From Pseudomonadota bacterium (lineage in GTDB: Bacteria > Myxococcota > JACRCW01 > JAFGSX01), in NCBI GenBank assembly GCA_043821645.1, contig JBDRCO010000094.1, positions 32,001 through 96,000 of the forward strand: a stretch of DNA of 64,000 nt, given 5' to 3'. Below the pieces are notes generated by a model. That model was given only the letters and a program-made list of their open reading frames with translations, made no database searches and was not told the DNA's origin. Every line of letters begins with the position of its first letter. The first letter of the stretch is position 1. Made by a program: the position numbers and the translations under genes. This document shows positions 10,729 to 20,624 of this stretch, one piece after another.

Positions 10729-12402
10729 CTAGCCATCGAGCAGACGCGGATCTTCGCAGTGCTGCAGCGCCACCTCGCGCGTCACCACGCCCGCCTTCAC
10801 CAGTCGCGCCAGGGAATGTTCGAGCAGGCACATGCCCGTGGCCTGGCCCATCTGCATGGCCGAGCGCAGCTGGACAGTCCGGTTATCCCGGATCAGGTTG
10901 CCCACGGCCCGGGTGACCCGCAGCAGCTCGATGGCCGCCACCCGCCGCTTGCCGTCGGCAGTGGGAAGCAGGCGCTGCGAGACCACCGCCCGCAGCGACT
11001 CGGAGACCATGGTACGGATCTGCGACTGCTCCTCGGGCGGAAAGGCGCCGATGAGTCGCGTGATGGTGCGCGCGGCATTGCTGGTGTGCAGCGTCGACAG
11101 CACCAGGTGCCCGGTCTCGGCGGCGGTGAGTGCCAGGGAGATGGTCTCGAGATCGCGCAGCTCGCCGATGGCGATGACGTCGGGATCCTCGCGCAGGGCC
11201 GCGCGCAGGGCCCGGGCGAAGCTCTCGGTGTGGCGCTGCACCTGGCGCTGGTTCACCTGGGCACGCCTGGGCGGGTACAGGGTCTCAACCGGATCCTCGA
11301 TGGTCAGGATGTGGTCGGTGCGCTCCTCGTTGATGATGTCGAGCAACGCCGCCATGGTTGAGGACTTGCCGCAGCCTGCAGGCCCGGTGATGAGCACCAG
11401 ACCCTGGTGAAAGGTCGTCAGCCTGGCCAGGTCTCCGGGCAGCCCCAGCTCCTCGAGCCGGGGTGGCTGCAGCGGGATGCAGCGGAACACCCCGTCGTGC
11501 CCGTTCTGGCTGCGGTACAGGTTGCATCGAAACCGTCCCACCTCGTCGACGGTGTAGGCGAGGTCGAGCTGTCCGTGGGCATCGAGCAGTTCAAGTTGTG
11601 TGGGCGTGAGCGCTGCCCGCAGGGTCTGCGTCAGCCAGGCCGGTTCCAGGGCCTGGCCGTGGTCCGTGAGCGCGCCATTGATGCGCAGCTTGATGGCGCA
11701 GTTCGGATGCAAGTGCACGTCGCTGGCGCCGGCCCGGGCGGCGGCCGCCAGGATGGTATCGAGGGCCCCGCTGCGCAGGTGCGGGCGTCTGTCGAGCGCC
11801 GCACGAGGTGCTGCAGGGGCGCTGGCCGGGCTCGCCCCGGACGCTGCGGGTGGTTGCTCGGCTGTGGCATCCACCCCGTCGAGCTGCTGTTGCGCGGGGA
11901 CGGGGCGCGCCGCTGCAGGCGCCGGTGGTGCAGGAGCTGCCGGGCTGGACGAGGCTGCCGAGGGCTGGCGGAGGGGTGGCGATGATGGCTCCAGGGCCGG
12001 TGCCTCGTCGGAGCCCAGGATCACGGGTGGCTCGTCGAGATCGAGCATCACCTCTGCCACCGGAGGTATCGGTCTGGCCTGCTGCATGGCCGAGGCCGCG
12101 GCGCGCGCCAGTGCGGCGAAGGGATCGGGAGCCACCGGCGCGGCACTCGAGGAGACCGGAGCCGATGAGCGGCCATCCTCCCCGGCGCTCCATTCCTGCA
12201 TCTGGGCGGTGACCGCCCGCTGCACCTCGAGACAGGTCTTGAGCTGGTCCTCGCTCAGGAGCCCCAGGTCGACCAGGATCTCACCGAGACGCCGCGTGTT
12301 GCCGGGCCGGCCCTGCTCGGTCGTGGCCTGCGCCAGCTGGTCCATCGTGATGAAGCGCCGCCGGACCGCGATGCGGCCGAGCAGACCGGATTGCTGTGCC
12401 AT
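10729..12402 (-). CDS. PilT-like ATPase with N-terminal MshEN/GSPII-E-N-like domain and Pro/Ala linker
   Basis: N-terminal RRLGEILVDLGLLSEDQLKTCLEVQ; GPAGCGKSST, REDPDVIAIGELRD, TGHLVLSTLHT, AVGNLIRDN. Confidence 0.88.
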   Translation of the reverse strand: MAQQSGLLGRIAVRRRFITMDQLAQATTEQGRPGNTRRLGEILVDLGLLSEDQLKTCLEVQRAVTAQMQEWSAGEDGRSSAPVSSSAAPVAPDPFAALARAAASAMQQARPIPPVAEVMLDLDEPPVILGSDEAPALEPSSPPLRQPSAASSSPAAPAPPAPAAARPVPAQQQLDGVDATAEQPPAASGASPASAPAAPRAALDRRPHLRSGALDTILAAAARAGASDVHLHPNCAIKLRINGALTDHGQALEPAWLTQTLRAALTPTQLELLDAHGQLDLAYTVDEVGRFRCNLYRSQNGHDGVFRCIPLQPPRLEELGLPGDLARLTTFHQGLVLITGPAGCGKSSTMAALLDIINEERTDHILTIEDPVETLYPPRRAQVNQRQVQRHTESFARALRAALREDPDVIAIGELRDLETISLALTAAETGHLVLSTLHTSNAARTITRLIGAFPPEEQSQIRTMVSESLRAVVSQRLLPTADGKRRVAAIELLRVTRAVGNLIRDNRTVQLRSAMQMGQATGMCLLEHSLARLVKAGVVTREVALQHCEDPRLLDG

Positions 12403-12519
12403 GGCTCCCTGGTTACGGGGTCCGGGGGGTGGCGGTCAAGCCGCACCTGCGCCCCGCCCTGCCGTCGACGGAATCCCTGCGCGTGTCATGGAGCTATGCG
12501 CGTACCTGCACCTGCTCGC

Positions 12520-13038
12520 CTAGCGTGCAACCTCGAGCAGCTCGATGTCGAAGACCAGCATCCCCGACGGGGCGTTGGGGCGCATGGGCTTGTCCCCATA
12601 GGCAAGCTCAGCGGGGATCCAGAAGCGGGTCTTCTCGCCCTTGCTCATGAGCTGCACGCCCTCGGTCCAGCCCTTGATCACCCGGTTGAGGGGGAAGCGT
12701 GCAGGCTGGCCGCGCTTGACCGAGCTGTCAAACATGCGGCCGTCCCGGGTCCAGCCGCTGTAGTTGACGACGACTGTGTCCTCGGCCGTGGGCCGGGTCT
12801 GGCCATCGCCTGGACTCAGCACCTTGTAGGCGAGGCCGCTGGGCGTCACCTGGGCGTCAGCCGGGGCCGCCGCCACGTCGGGCGGGGCCGGCAGGTCGCC
12901 GGGCTTGGGAGCCAGCACCGGCAGCTTCTTGTGCTCGATGGGCTGCGCCGCAGGCGTGTCCTCGGCAGGAGCCGTGCGGGGCTTGCAGGCCAGTACCGTG
13001 AGCGTCGCGAGCAGGGTCACCAGCAATCTCGTGGTCAT
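12520..13038 (-). CDS. FKBP-type peptidyl-prolyl cis-trans isomerase (lipoprotein)
   Basis: TPSGLAY, VVVNYSGW, FDSS, VIKGWTEG, IPAELAYG, LVFDIELL; VLAC lipobox. Confidence 0.95.
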   Translation of the reverse strand: MTTRLLVTLLATLTVLACKPRTAPAEDTPAAQPIEHKKLPVLAPKPGDLPAPPDVAAAPADAQVTPSGLAYKVLSPGDGQTRPTAEDTVVVNYSGWTRDGRMFDSSVKRGQPARFPLNRVIKGWTEGVQLMSKGEKTRFWIPAELAYGDKPMRPNAPSGMLVFDIELLEVAR

Positions 13039-13243
13039 GATGCGATCTCCTGAGCAGCACGTTCCGCTGCGTGGCCGTGCATATAGCTTCGGAGCCTGCC
13101 GCAGGGCAAGCCATGTGAAGCGGCCGTGCGCGGTCCTTTACCATCGAGTGGCGCACTCGCTATCGTGGACTGCCCTGAGTGGTGGCGGACACGAGCAGCG
13201 CGAACGCCGCCCACGACGCCTGGCCCCAGAGGGAGGATGTACC

Positions 13244-14935
13244 ATGCACAAGCTCGTCGTCAGCAGCCCGTTCCTCGCGCTGCTCTGGGCCTGCCCGGAT
13301 CCTGGCTCCCTCCCTTTGGGACCGGAGGACCGCGACGCGGGTACGCTGGTCGAGGACGCAGGAGCAGACGCGGCCTACGTGCCCCTGCCGGCGGTGGACA
13401 GTGGGGTGGTGCCGCAGGTGGACTACCAGGATGGCGTCGAGGTTGAACTCGACGAGGGCCGGGTTCGTGGCGAGCTCGCCGACGACCTGCGCATCTTCCG
13501 GGGCATTCCCTTCGCGGAGCCGCCCGTGGGCGCACTGCGCTTCCGGCCACCGGTGCCGATCTCACCCTGGTCGGGCATTCGCGAGACCCGCGAGTTCGGC
13601 CCGGCCTGTCCGCAGGAGCCCCTGCCCACCATGTCGTCGCTGGACCACATGGACGAGGACTGCCTGAACGTCAATGTCTGGGCGCACACCGATGGCCGGA
13701 TCCGGCCCGTCATGGTGTGGATCTTCGGTGGCGCCTTCACCATTGGAGGCGGCGACTGGTCGGTGTACGAGGGCAGCGACCTCGCACGCAACGGTGACGT
13801 GGTGGTCATGACCTTCAACTACAGGCTGGGGGCCCTGGGTTACCTGGCCACCGAGACCCTGCAGGCGAGCGATCCCCTCGGCGCGTCAGGCACCCACGGC
13901 ATCCTCGACCAGATCGAGCTGCTGCGCTGGGTACGGCGCAATGCCCCGGCGTTTGGCGGCGATCCCTACAACGTCACCATCTTTGGCGAGTCTGCCGGCG
14001 GTATCTCGGTGTGTGCCTTGCTCGCTGCACCCCAGGCGCGTGGCCTGTTCCGACGTTCCATCTCGCAGAGCGGCGGTGGCTGCAACACCTTCACCTACCT
14101 CGACCGCGAGGCCATGCTCGGCCTGCCGCCGCTTCGCGAGACCAGCCGGCGCATCGTCGAGGAGGTGGGCTGTGGGTCGGCGGCCGACGAGGTGGCCTGC
14201 CTGCAATTGGTCCCGGCGCAGGATCTGGTGGCCGCCATCCCTACCCTCAGCCTGTTCACGGGACCCCTCAACCAGCGGTTGAGCTTCATGCCTGCCGTCG
14301 ACGGGGTGGTGATCCCCGAGATGCCCATTGCACGGCTGGTCCGCGAGGGCGCGGATCCGGATGTCTCCGCGATCTTTGGCAGCAATGCCGACGAGGCGGC
14401 GCTCTTTCTGGCCCTGGACACGGTGCCCTTCCGGGGCTCGTTCAGGAACAAGCTCGAGGAACTCATCCCCGACGAGGCCACGGTGGACGCGGTGATGGCC
14501 CTGTACCCCTGGCCCGAGTTCCTGCTTCCCAAGGACGCCTTCGAGGCCTTCCTGGGAGATGTGATCTTCAACTGCGGACCCCTGGCCGCGGCGAGCGCCG
14601 TCGGGGACAGAGGGCGGGTCTACTACTTCACGCAGGCCCCTTTGACCTTCTCGCTGCTCATGGGGACCATGCACGCCATTGACACCATCTACACCTTCAA
14701 CACCTTCGAGGCCTTCTTGGTGATCCCCAGCGCCGCCGACCGCGAGGTGTCGCGCATCGTGCAGCACGCGTGGAGCACCCTGGCTCGTACCGGCCGACCA
14801 GCCTTGACCGTGCCCTGGCCCGCCTACGCCCCGGGCCAGCCCAGCATCGCCCGCATCGCCCCAGAGCCCGAGCTGTTGCGGGCTTATCGCGGCGGACGCT
14901 GCGAGGCCCTGCGAGGCCTGGGGCTGGCGCCCTAG
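13244..14935 (+). CDS. Type-B carboxylesterase/lipase (lipoprotein)
   Basis: FRGIPFAEPP, EDCLNVNVW, FNYRLG, nucleophile elbow FGESAGG, GSNADE, MHAID. GGAGG SD before ATG 13244. Confidence 0.93.
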   Translation: MHKLVVSSPFLALLWACPDPGSLPLGPEDRDAGTLVEDAGADAAYVPLPAVDSGVVPQVDYQDGVEVELDEGRVRGELADDLRIFRGIPFAEPPVGALRFRPPVPISPWSGIRETREFGPACPQEPLPTMSSLDHMDEDCLNVNVWAHTDGRIRPVMVWIFGGAFTIGGGDWSVYEGSDLARNGDVVVMTFNYRLGALGYLATETLQASDPLGASGTHGILDQIELLRWVRRNAPAFGGDPYNVTIFGESAGGISVCALLAAPQARGLFRRSISQSGGGCNTFTYLDREAMLGLPPLRETSRRIVEEVGCGSAADEVACLQLVPAQDLVAAIPTLSLFTGPLNQRLSFMPAVDGVVIPEMPIARLVREGADPDVSAIFGSNADEAALFLALDTVPFRGSFRNKLEELIPDEATVDAVMALYPWPEFLLPKDAFEAFLGDVIFNCGPLAAASAVGDRGRVYYFTQAPLTFSLLMGTMHAIDTIYTFNTFEAFLVIPSAADREVSRIVQHAWSTLARTGRPALTVPWPAYAPGQPSIARIAPEPELLRAYRGGRCEALRGLGLAP

Positions 14936-15034
14936 GGACCCCTGGCTGCGCGCTTTTCCTCTGGCAAGGATTCCGTCGACACGAAGCGCAGTTAGCACCT
15001 TTGCAGGGGGCTCCGTTGCGTCGGGTGTTTTGCC

Positions 15035-15063
15035 TTGCGACCCATGACGCATTGGGCTATTCC
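15035..15063 (+). promoter_or_regulatory. Putative sigma70-type promoter of nuoJ-N
   Basis: TTGCGA-N17-TATTCC in the 300-nt gap upstream of nuoJ. Confidence 0.35.
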
Positions 15064-15237
15064 CCGACCCGCTTGCATGGCCTGGTCGACGTGAGGCCCC
15101 GGCACCGGACGTCGAGACGCGAGTTTGGCGCTGTGAACGGAGCGAAGCCGGCGGGTCGTGCAGGGCGCCCGGTTCATGGGGGAATGCGTCGTCACGGGTG
15201 ATCGCCTGGATCTCCTGCTCGACGCGGAGGGTCCGTG

Positions 15238-15804
15238 ATGGGCGAGCTGACACTCTCGGACATCGTGTTCTACTTCTTCGCACTGCTGGCTGTGGCCGGG
15301 GCTGCCGGAGTCGCCTTCAGCCGCAACATCGTCTACAGCGCGTTCTCGCTGCTGGCCGCCCTGTTCGGCGCCGCGGCCCTGTACGTGTTCCTGTCCGCCG
15401 ACCTCATCGCAGTGGTGCAGGTGCTGGTCTACATCGGTGGCGTGCTGGTGCTGATCCTCTTCGCCATCATGCTGACCAGCAAGATCGGCAATGCCCAGGG
15501 CAGCAACCTCAACGTCGGGGGACTGGCCGGTGGCGCCGTCTTTGCCCTGCTCAGCATCATCATGGTCTACGTCGCCGTGGCAACGCCCTGGGGCCAGGTC
15601 CGCGGCCCCGAGCTCCCCGTGCTGCGCGACGCGCCGCTGCAGCCCACCACGGCCGCCATTGGCAATGCCCTGCTCACCGACTTTCTGCTGCCCTTCGAGA
15701 TCGCCAGCGTGGTGCTGCTGGCCGCCCTGATCGGCGCGGTCATCATCGCCCGCAAGGAGATGCGCACGCTCACCCCGTCGACGGAAGGGGAGGTGAGAAA
15801 ATGA
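15238..15804 (+). CDS. nuoJ: NADH-quinone oxidoreductase subunit J
   Basis: QVLVYIGGVLVLILFAIML, LPFEIASVVLL. Confidence 0.95.
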   Translation: MGELTLSDIVFYFFALLAVAGAAGVAFSRNIVYSAFSLLAALFGAAALYVFLSADLIAVVQVLVYIGGVLVLILFAIMLTSKIGNAQGSNLNVGGLAGGAVFALLSIIMVYVAVATPWGQVRGPELPVLRDAPLQPTTAAIGNALLTDFLLPFEIASVVLLAALIGAVIIARKEMRTLTPSTEGEVRK

Positions 15805-16115
15805 GCCTGCATGTCGGATTGCCCCACGTGATGGTGGTGGCCGCCCTGCTGTTCACCTTCGGCCTGATCTGCGTGGTCACGCGCAAGAATGCCGTGGGCC
15901 TGCTCATGGGCGTCGAGCTCATCCTCAATGCCGCCAACCTCAACTTCGTGGCCTTCAGCCATCACCTGACCGGCACCATCGACGGTCATGTCATGGCCCT
16001 GTTCGGCATCATCCTGGCGGCGGCGGAGGCCTGCGTGGCGCTGGCCATCGTGCTGGCCATCTACCAGACCTTCCACACCATCGACACGACCGAAGCCACG
16101 ACGCTGAAGAACTGA
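15801..16115 (+). CDS. nuoK: NADH-quinone oxidoreductase subunit K
   Basis: LLMGVELILNAANLNFV, AAAEACVALAI. ATGA overlap with nuoJ; the real start lies inside the longer tracked ORF. Confidence 0.95.
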   Translation: MSLHVGLPHVMVVAALLFTFGLICVVTRKNAVGLLMGVELILNAANLNFVAFSHHLTGTIDGHVMALFGIILAAAEACVALAIVLAIYQTFHTIDTTEATTLKN

Positions 16116-16164
16116 CCACGTCCTGACGGTCGCGACGCCCTCGCGTCGACGGAGAGAAGACTCC

Positions 16165-18888
16165 ATGCATCACGACCTCAGCGAGCCCACGACCTCGTCG
16201 CTGTTGTTCTTGATCCCGCTGCTGCCGCTGCTCGGCGCGCTGGTCAACCTGACCCTGGGCAAGCACATCCAGGATCGCTTCGGCAAGGCCCCCATCCACT
16301 GGCTCGCCATCCTCATGCCCGGCCTGTCCGCGGTCATTGGCTGGACCGTGGTGCTGCCCGGGGTCATTCACAACAAGGCGGGCCTGTACCAGTACCTGTG
16401 GGACTGGGTCGTGGTCGGGATGTTCGACGCGCACCTGGCGTTTCACATCGACACCCTCAACTGCGTGATGGTGCTCATCGTCACCACCGTCGGCACGCTC
16501 ATCCACGTCTATGCCACCGGCTACATGGCCGAGGAGCCCAGCTACTGGCGCTTCTTCGGCTACCTGAACATCTTCATGTTCGCCATGCTGACCCTGGTGA
16601 TGGGCGACAACTTCCTGCTCATGTTCGTGGGCTGGGAGGGCGTGGGATTCGCCAGCTGGGCTCTCATCGGCTTTTGGTACCGCAACAAGGAGAACGCCGT
16701 CGCGGGTATGAAGGCCTTCGTGGTCAACCGCATCGGCGACTTCGCCTTCATCATCGGCATGGGCCTGCTGTTCTGGGGTTTCCAGGGCAGCTTCTCGAGC
16801 CCCCTGTCCCAGGGCGAGAGTGGCTACATGATGAGCCACGAGGCCACGGAACAGACCCGCGCCTTCGTCGCTGGCACGCCCGAGCACGACAAGCACCTGC
16901 TCGACACCGCGGCGGGCCATGCCGAGGCTCCGGTGGCGTCGATCACCTTCCGGGTGCTGCAAGCCCAGCTCGCGCAGACCGTCGACGGCAGCATGCCCGA
17001 CCGCGTGTGCGAGCATGGCCACTGCACCGACGAGGAGCGCCCCAAGACCCGCGGCGATCTGCTGGCGGAAAAGAAGGTCTGGGGCCTGCCCCTGCTGCTG
17101 CTGGTGTGCGTGCTGTTCTTCATTGGCGCCACTGGCAAGAGCGCCCAGCTGCCCCTGTACGTGTGGCTCCCCGACGCCATGGCGGGTCCCACTCCGGTGT
17201 CCGCCCTGATCCACGCCGCCACCATGGTGACCGCTGGCGTGTACATGATCGCGCGGCTCAATTTCCTGTATGCGCTGTCACCGGGCGCCATGACCGTGGT
17301 CGCCACCGTGGGCGCACTCACGGCGCTGTTCGCGGCCACCATCGGCTTCTTCCAGTACGACATCAAGAAGGTGCTGGCCTATTCGACGGTGAGCCAGCTC
17401 GGCTTCATGTTCATCGGCGTCGGCGTCGGAGCGTACTGGGCCGGTATCTTCCACCTGCTCACCCACGCCTGCTTCAAGGCCTGCCTGTTCCTCGGTTCCG
17501 GCTCGGTGATCATGGGCAGCCATCACAACCAGGACATGCGCTGGATGGGTGGACTCAAGAAATACATGCCCAAGACAGCCTTCACTTACTGGGCGGCCTG
17601 CGTCGCCATCGCTGGCTTCCCGCTGGGCGCGGGCTTCTATTCCAAGGACGAGATCCTGTGGAAGGCCTTCGACTCGGGCAACGTGCTGCTGCCTGGCGGT
17701 GGCCTGATGATCTGGCTGCTCGGCTTCATCGCGGCCACCGGCACCAGCTTCTACATGTGGCGCAGCTATTACGTGACCTTCACCGGCCAGAACCGTCATC
17801 ACGAGATGCCCGCCGACGTCGCCCACGCGCTGCACGCCAAGCACGATTCCGACATGGGTCTATTCTGGGACCCCGAAGCCAGGCTGATCGTGGCAGGCGC
17901 TGGCGACCACAGCGGTCACGGGCACGATGACCACGCACACGGCGATCAGGCCATCTCGACCCAGGCTGCGCACGCAGACCATGTTGCGCACGCAGGGGAG
18001 GGCCACGCCGCGTCCAGTCATGGGGACGGCGCCACCTTCGTGCCGCACGAATCACCCCTCAACGTCACCATCGTGTTGCAGATCCTGGCCGGGGCCTCGC
18101 TGCTGATCGGTGTCGTGCTGGGTTTCCCGGTGCTGTGGGCACATACCTTCCACCTGCCCATCCCCAACATGTTCGAGCACTGGATCCACCACACCATGGC
18201 GACGACGGAGAAGCTGGTGGACAGCGCGGGCTTCGGCACCGGCGTCGAGTGGTTGCTGGCGGGCGGCAGCGTCCTGGTGGCCACCATAGGCTGGCTGGGA
18301 GCACGCGCGCTGTACCGCAACCGTGGCCTGCCCATCGCCGACGCGAAGCTCGCGAATTTCGATGTGCACGGCAGCCTGCAGCGCCTGGCCGCACCGCGGG
18401 ACGCCATCCCCAGCGAGAGCGGTCTGGGCAAGCTGTTCGACGTCCTCGAGGCCGCCGTCGCATTCTGTTTCCGTCTCCTGGCGCGTCTGCTCCTCGGCAT
18501 CGGTGCGATGTTCGGTACCGGCTTCAGCCATGTCGTGCGGGGCGGCTGGAGGCTGGTGCTCGACAAGTATCGTGTCGACGAACTGTACGAGTGGCTGGTG
18601 GTCCGGCGCGTGGTCTGGCTGACGCGCTTCTTGTGGGACGTGGACAAGCTGGTCATCGACGGCGCCGTGCACCTGGCGGGATTCATGGGCAAGGTTGCGG
18701 GCTTCTTGTCCGGTGGCTTCGACAGGGTGTTCGTCGACGGAGCGGTCAATGGCCTGGCCGAGGTGGTGATGGCCACGGGCAACAGGTTGCGCCGGCTGCA
18801 GAACGGGCAGATCCAGAGCTACCTGCTGGGCATCGCGGGCGGCTCCATCGCCCTGGTGGTGCTCAATTATCTGATCTTCGGGAACTGA
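16165..18888 (+). CDS. nuoL: NADH-quinone oxidoreductase subunit L (long, with insertions)
   Basis: GWEGVG, NRIGD, GKSAQLPLYVWLPDAMAGPTPVSALIHAATMV, DIKKVLAYSTVSQLG. Confidence 0.97.
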   Translation: MHHDLSEPTTSSLLFLIPLLPLLGALVNLTLGKHIQDRFGKAPIHWLAILMPGLSAVIGWTVVLPGVIHNKAGLYQYLWDWVVVGMFDAHLAFHIDTLNCVMVLIVTTVGTLIHVYATGYMAEEPSYWRFFGYLNIFMFAMLTLVMGDNFLLMFVGWEGVGFASWALIGFWYRNKENAVAGMKAFVVNRIGDFAFIIGMGLLFWGFQGSFSSPLSQGESGYMMSHEATEQTRAFVAGTPEHDKHLLDTAAGHAEAPVASITFRVLQAQLAQTVDGSMPDRVCEHGHCTDEERPKTRGDLLAEKKVWGLPLLLLVCVLFFIGATGKSAQLPLYVWLPDAMAGPTPVSALIHAATMVTAGVYMIARLNFLYALSPGAMTVVATVGALTALFAATIGFFQYDIKKVLAYSTVSQLGFMFIGVGVGAYWAGIFHLLTHACFKACLFLGSGSVIMGSHHNQDMRWMGGLKKYMPKTAFTYWAACVAIAGFPLGAGFYSKDEILWKAFDSGNVLLPGGGLMIWLLGFIAATGTSFYMWRSYYVTFTGQNRHHEMPADVAHALHAKHDSDMGLFWDPEARLIVAGAGDHSGHGHDDHAHGDQAISTQAAHADHVAHAGEGHAASSHGDGATFVPHESPLNVTIVLQILAGASLLIGVVLGFPVLWAHTFHLPIPNMFEHWIHHTMATTEKLVDSAGFGTGVEWLLAGGSVLVATIGWLGARALYRNRGLPIADAKLANFDVHGSLQRLAAPRDAIPSESGLGKLFDVLEAAVAFCFRLLARLLLGIGAMFGTGFSHVVRGGWRLVLDKYRVDELYEWLVVRRVVWLTRFLWDVDKLVIDGAVHLAGFMGKVAGFLSGGFDRVFVDGAVNGLAEVVMATGNRLRRLQNGQIQSYLLGIAGGSIALVVLNYLIFGN

Positions 18889-18947
18889 CGACGGCAAGAA
18901 GGCCGGCGGCGCCTCGCACCCGTGCGTGACAAGGCGGAGCAGAAGTC

Positions 18948-20612
18948 ATGACAGATAAACTCTTGACCTGGATCGTCTTCCTCCCCCTCATCGGCATGGG
19001 CCTGGTGCTGCTGGTCACCGCCTTGATGCGCGACCCCGAGGCCAGGCGGGCGCGCGACAACGTGATCCGCTGGATCTCCTTCGCCTCGACCGTGGCCTCG
19101 GGCGCCCTGGCCCTGTACCTGTGGGTCCTGTTCGACGGCCAGAAGGGTGTGCAGTTCGAGCACCACTTCGTGTGGCTCCGCGCGTTCAACATCGAGTATC
19201 ACCTGGGCGTCGACGGCATCAGCGTGGCCATGGTGATCCTGAGCGGCATCGTCTTCATCATCGCCAGCATCGCGAGCTGGAGCATTGGCCAGGAAGACCG
19301 CGGCCCGGACCGCGCCGACCCGCACTACCACGCCGTGGCGACCAAGCCTGCGCCGGGCTACCACGTCATGCTGCTGCTGCTCCAGACCGGCGTCTACGGC
19401 AGCTTCCTGTCTCTCGACTTCTTCCTTTTTTACATCTTCTGGGAGCTCATGCTCCTGCCCATGTACTTCCTCATCGGCATCTGGGGCGGCCCGCGCAAGG
19501 AGTACGCGGCCATCAAGTTCTTCCTCTACACCCTGGCCGGCTCGGTGTTCATGCTGATCGCGATGATCACGCTGTACTACACCAGCGCCCCGGCGCACGG
19601 CGTGGCCCTCACCCTCGTCGACGGCACACCCGTCCACCACACCTTCAACATGCTGATGCTCAAGCAGCTGGGTGCGGCCGGACACTGGCAGAGCGCCGGC
19701 TTGCTGCTGGGTCTGCCCCTCGCCAAGGTGGTCTGGGTGTTCCTGTTCGTGGGCTTCGCCATCAAGGTGCCCATGTTCCCGTTCCACACCTGGTTGCCCG
19801 ACGCCCACGTCGAGGCGCCCACCGCGATCTCGGTCATCCTGGCCGGCATCCTGCTCAAGCTCGGCACCTACGGCATGCTGCGCATCAACTTCGGCATCCT
19901 GCCCTTCACCACGGATTGGGCCTCCCTGGGCATGGGAATCTTCGGCGCCATCGGCATCGTCTACGCGGCCCTGGTGTGCATGGCCCAGAAGGACCTCAAG
20001 AAGCTCATCGCCTACTCCTCGGTCAGCCACATGGGCTTCGTGCTGCTGGGCATGGGTGCCTTCACCCACCAGGGCATCGCCGGCGCCATGTACCAGATGT
20101 GGGCGCACGGTCTGGTCAGCCCCATGCTCTTCCTCCTCGTCGGTGTGGTCTACGATCGCGCCCACTCCCGCGAGATCGAGGGTTTCGGGGGGCTGGCGCG
20201 GCAGATGCCCGAATACTCGGGTCTGATCGGCATCGGCTTCTTTGCCTCCCTCGGCCTGCCAGGCCTGGCCGGTTTCATCGGTGAGGCGCTGGTGTTCGTC
20301 GGTGGCTTCGGCAAGCAGGGCGAGCTGGCCCTGTGGTTCCAGGTTCTCACGGCGGTGAGCGTGACCAGCGTGGTCATCACTGCGGGCTACTACCTGTGGG
20401 CCATGCAGCGCATGTTCCTGGGCCCGCTCAACACGAAGTACACCTGGATGCCCGACGTCACGTGGCGCGAGCGCCTGACCCTGTATCCCCTGGCCGCCCT
20501 GACCATCGTGTTCGGCGTGGCGCCGGGATTGATCTTCGATCTGGTGAACCCGACCCTGTTCAAGCTGGTGGATCAGCTCAACACCATCGCGACCCACGTC
20601 GCGTTGCGGTAG
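18948..20612 (+). CDS. nuoM: NADH-quinone oxidoreductase subunit M
   Basis: FWELMLLPMYFLIGIWGG, KVPMFPFHTWLPDAHVEAPT, IAYSSVSHMG. Confidence 0.97.
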   Translation: MTDKLLTWIVFLPLIGMGLVLLVTALMRDPEARRARDNVIRWISFASTVASGALALYLWVLFDGQKGVQFEHHFVWLRAFNIEYHLGVDGISVAMVILSGIVFIIASIASWSIGQEDRGPDRADPHYHAVATKPAPGYHVMLLLLQTGVYGSFLSLDFFLFYIFWELMLLPMYFLIGIWGGPRKEYAAIKFFLYTLAGSVFMLIAMITLYYTSAPAHGVALTLVDGTPVHHTFNMLMLKQLGAAGHWQSAGLLLGLPLAKVVWVFLFVGFAIKVPMFPFHTWLPDAHVEAPTAISVILAGILLKLGTYGMLRINFGILPFTTDWASLGMGIFGAIGIVYAALVCMAQKDLKKLIAYSSVSHMGFVLLGMGAFTHQGIAGAMYQMWAHGLVSPMLFLLVGVVYDRAHSREIEGFGGLARQMPEYSGLIGIGFFASLGLPGLAGFIGEALVFVGGFGKQGELALWFQVLTAVSVTSVVITAGYYLWAMQRMFLGPLNTKYTWMPDVTWRERLTLYPLAALTIVFGVAPGLIFDLVNPTLFKLVDQLNTIATHVALR

Positions 20613-20624
20613 CGGAGCTCGTCG

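Noticed and set aside
15198-16115. 305-aa ORF ending in NuoK
   Set aside because: The upstream part is an off-frame overlap with nuoJ; nuoK starts at 15801, so this is neither a fusion nor a frameshift.
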